The notes beneath the pieces are model-generated. The model was not told where the DNA came from. It saw nothing but the letters and a program-made list of their open reading frames with translations, and searched no databases. Of a stretch of DNA of 64,000 bases, positions 62,266-64,000 are shown one piece after another. Numbering within the stretch: position 1 is the first letter of the stretch; each line of letters starts with the position of its first letter. The translations under genes and the position numbers were made by a program. The DNA is from Oopsacas minuta (Eukaryota > Animalia > Porifera), in NCBI GenBank assembly GCA_024704765.1, contig JAKMXF010000044.1:124001-188000 (forward strand). Reading direction: 5' to 3'.

Positions 62266-63840
62266 GAGGGTTGTTTGATTTAAATCATGATTTATATCAA
62301 TGATTTTTATTAGTAAAAATCATGATTTTAATCAAAAATCTGAGGTATCAAAATATCTTATTTAAGTTCAATATTTTTGATGTTTTTATTATCTTATCAA
62401 GCTGATTATGTCCATCCTGATATTAAATATTTATACCTATCGAAAATTTATTCATTTGACGGAAGGGTTGTTCGATTTAAATAAAAATAAATGATTTGTA
62501 CAGTCAGGGTCGCTTATTGTGAACCCCTTCATAATGACTTGGCTGAATACAAATCTTATGTAAGCCGAAGAATTGTGACCTGAGGGGTTGTTCATAATGA
62601 ACGAATGTTCATATTAAGTCGGTTATTAATACGCAACCCTGAGTCTATATATATATTTAAACAACCACTTACAAAAGATTTATGACTATTAGATTACTAC
62701 TATCCGTAGCATTTAACAACGCTTGATATGGCAGGAAGCAAGATGATATATGGGTCTACTTCGAACGGTATACGGCAGAAGGAGTGGCTGGCTGGAAAGA
62801 AAGGTGCAAACTTTGCAATAAGGAGATGCAGGAGGTGGTCAACCGCCTTAAGCAACATTATTCTTCATGCAGCGTGCAAGACCATCCCATAATAGCTGAA
62901 AATGAATCAATTGATTTAGTAGCCAGATCAACTGCATTATCTGGAGAAGTGCCTGATGCAAGTCTTTTTGCTAAAAACCTAGGATTACTCATATCGGTGA
63001 ATAAATATGTCATGAAGACTTCGAAGTCAGAGGCAGAATTACTGGATCTCCAAATTGCTCGTTATATTTACGCAACTAACATGCCTTTTATAGCTGTTGA
63101 ACACCCCAAGTTTATCAAACTAATAAAGATGGTATGGCCAGGTTATATATCGATCTCTCTTGGATACATGCAGAAAAACCCTGATGCATAAGGCAGTCTC
63201 CTTATCACTGGATGGATGGAGTAACGTACATAATGAACCTCTCGTGTGTGTGAGTGTTACAACTGACAAAAGAGAGACTTTCCTTACTGAGACAATTGAT
63301 ACCTCTGGACAGTCACATCAGATTATCTGGCAGAACTTGCTGCAGATGCTATTACATCCTGTAAGGTAAATCTTAGATGTCATGTACGTAACGTTGTAAC
63401 TGACAACACAGCCAATATAGCAAAATGAGAAGAGATTTAGAATAAAAGATGCCGAATGAAATATTGACATACAGATGCTCTGCTCATTTGTTGAGCCTAT
63501 TAGCACAAGATGTACAGATTACTGGGGTAAAAGAACAAGTTGTCCAGATTATCAAATATTTTAGGAATACATATCTACCTGCAGGTAGATACAAGTAAGC
63601 TGGTGGAAATTCTCTTGTTATCCCACATGAAATTAGATGGAATACTTTGACGGACTGTTTGAATAGTATATTTCTATCTGGCATATCCTTGTACAGGTCT
63701 GTGAGGAATATCATGATGAGATAAATTCGAACATTGGTAATAAAGTTAAGAATTATTCTATCAAACGTAACGCTGAAGATCTCTTGATTAGTTGATTCAA
63801 ACCAATTTCAGTTGTTCTAGATAGAAATCAAAGGGAAATA
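62266..63840 (+). mobile_element. hAT element with a BED finger + DUF659-type transposase, pseudogenised (coding ~62728-63840)
   Basis: Two tandem terminus-like motifs AGGGTTGTT(T/C)GATTTAAAT (~62266 and ~62463). Motifs IWVYF..CKLC..LKQHYSSC; IARYIYATNMPF; SLDGWSN; VTDNTAN; CSAHLL; IRWNT. Confidence 0.88.
62501..62645. mobile_element. pogo-type MITE (145 bp) inserted in the hAT 5' region
   Basis: TA|CAGTCAGGGTCGCTTATT ... AATACGCAACCCTGAGTC|TA. Confidence 0.7.
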
Positions 63841-64000
63841 CTACTAGGGCGTTCAATAAGTCTTGCAGGTGATATCATAGAATATGATACAAACACTATA
63901 CACACTAATTCACTATATTATTTATTCAAAGTAATTCCCTTCTGCAGATACACAAAATTTTAACCTTTCCACCCACTTGTAAAACACATTTCTGTATTCT

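Noticed and set aside
1-64000. Uni-strand piRNA cluster signature
   Set aside because: TE orientations are about evenly split between strands.

Overview
AT-rich eukaryotic (animal-like) genomic DNA dominated by DNA transposons of many superfamilies. There are two mariner DD34D-family copies, two nested maT DD37D copies, one rosa DD41D copy and at least six hAT pieces, plus a MULE carrying a RING finger, a Mutator-like (possibly Kolobok-type) transposase remnant with a PHD finger, P-element and piggyBac remnants, pogo-type MITEs and several long foldback inverted repeats. Almost all are decayed. The exception is a 2,834-bp Chapaev-like element (36142-38975) with about 127-bp near-perfect TIRs starting CACGGG, a perfect 4-bp TSD (ACAG) and one uninterrupted transposase ORF of about 661 aa with RAG1-like zinc-binding and catalytic motifs. 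The only clear host-type coding sequence is a ricin-B (beta-trefoil) lectin exon at 55086-55462. No rRNA, tRNA or CRISPR was seen. All family assignments come from motif recognition by eye, without database searches.
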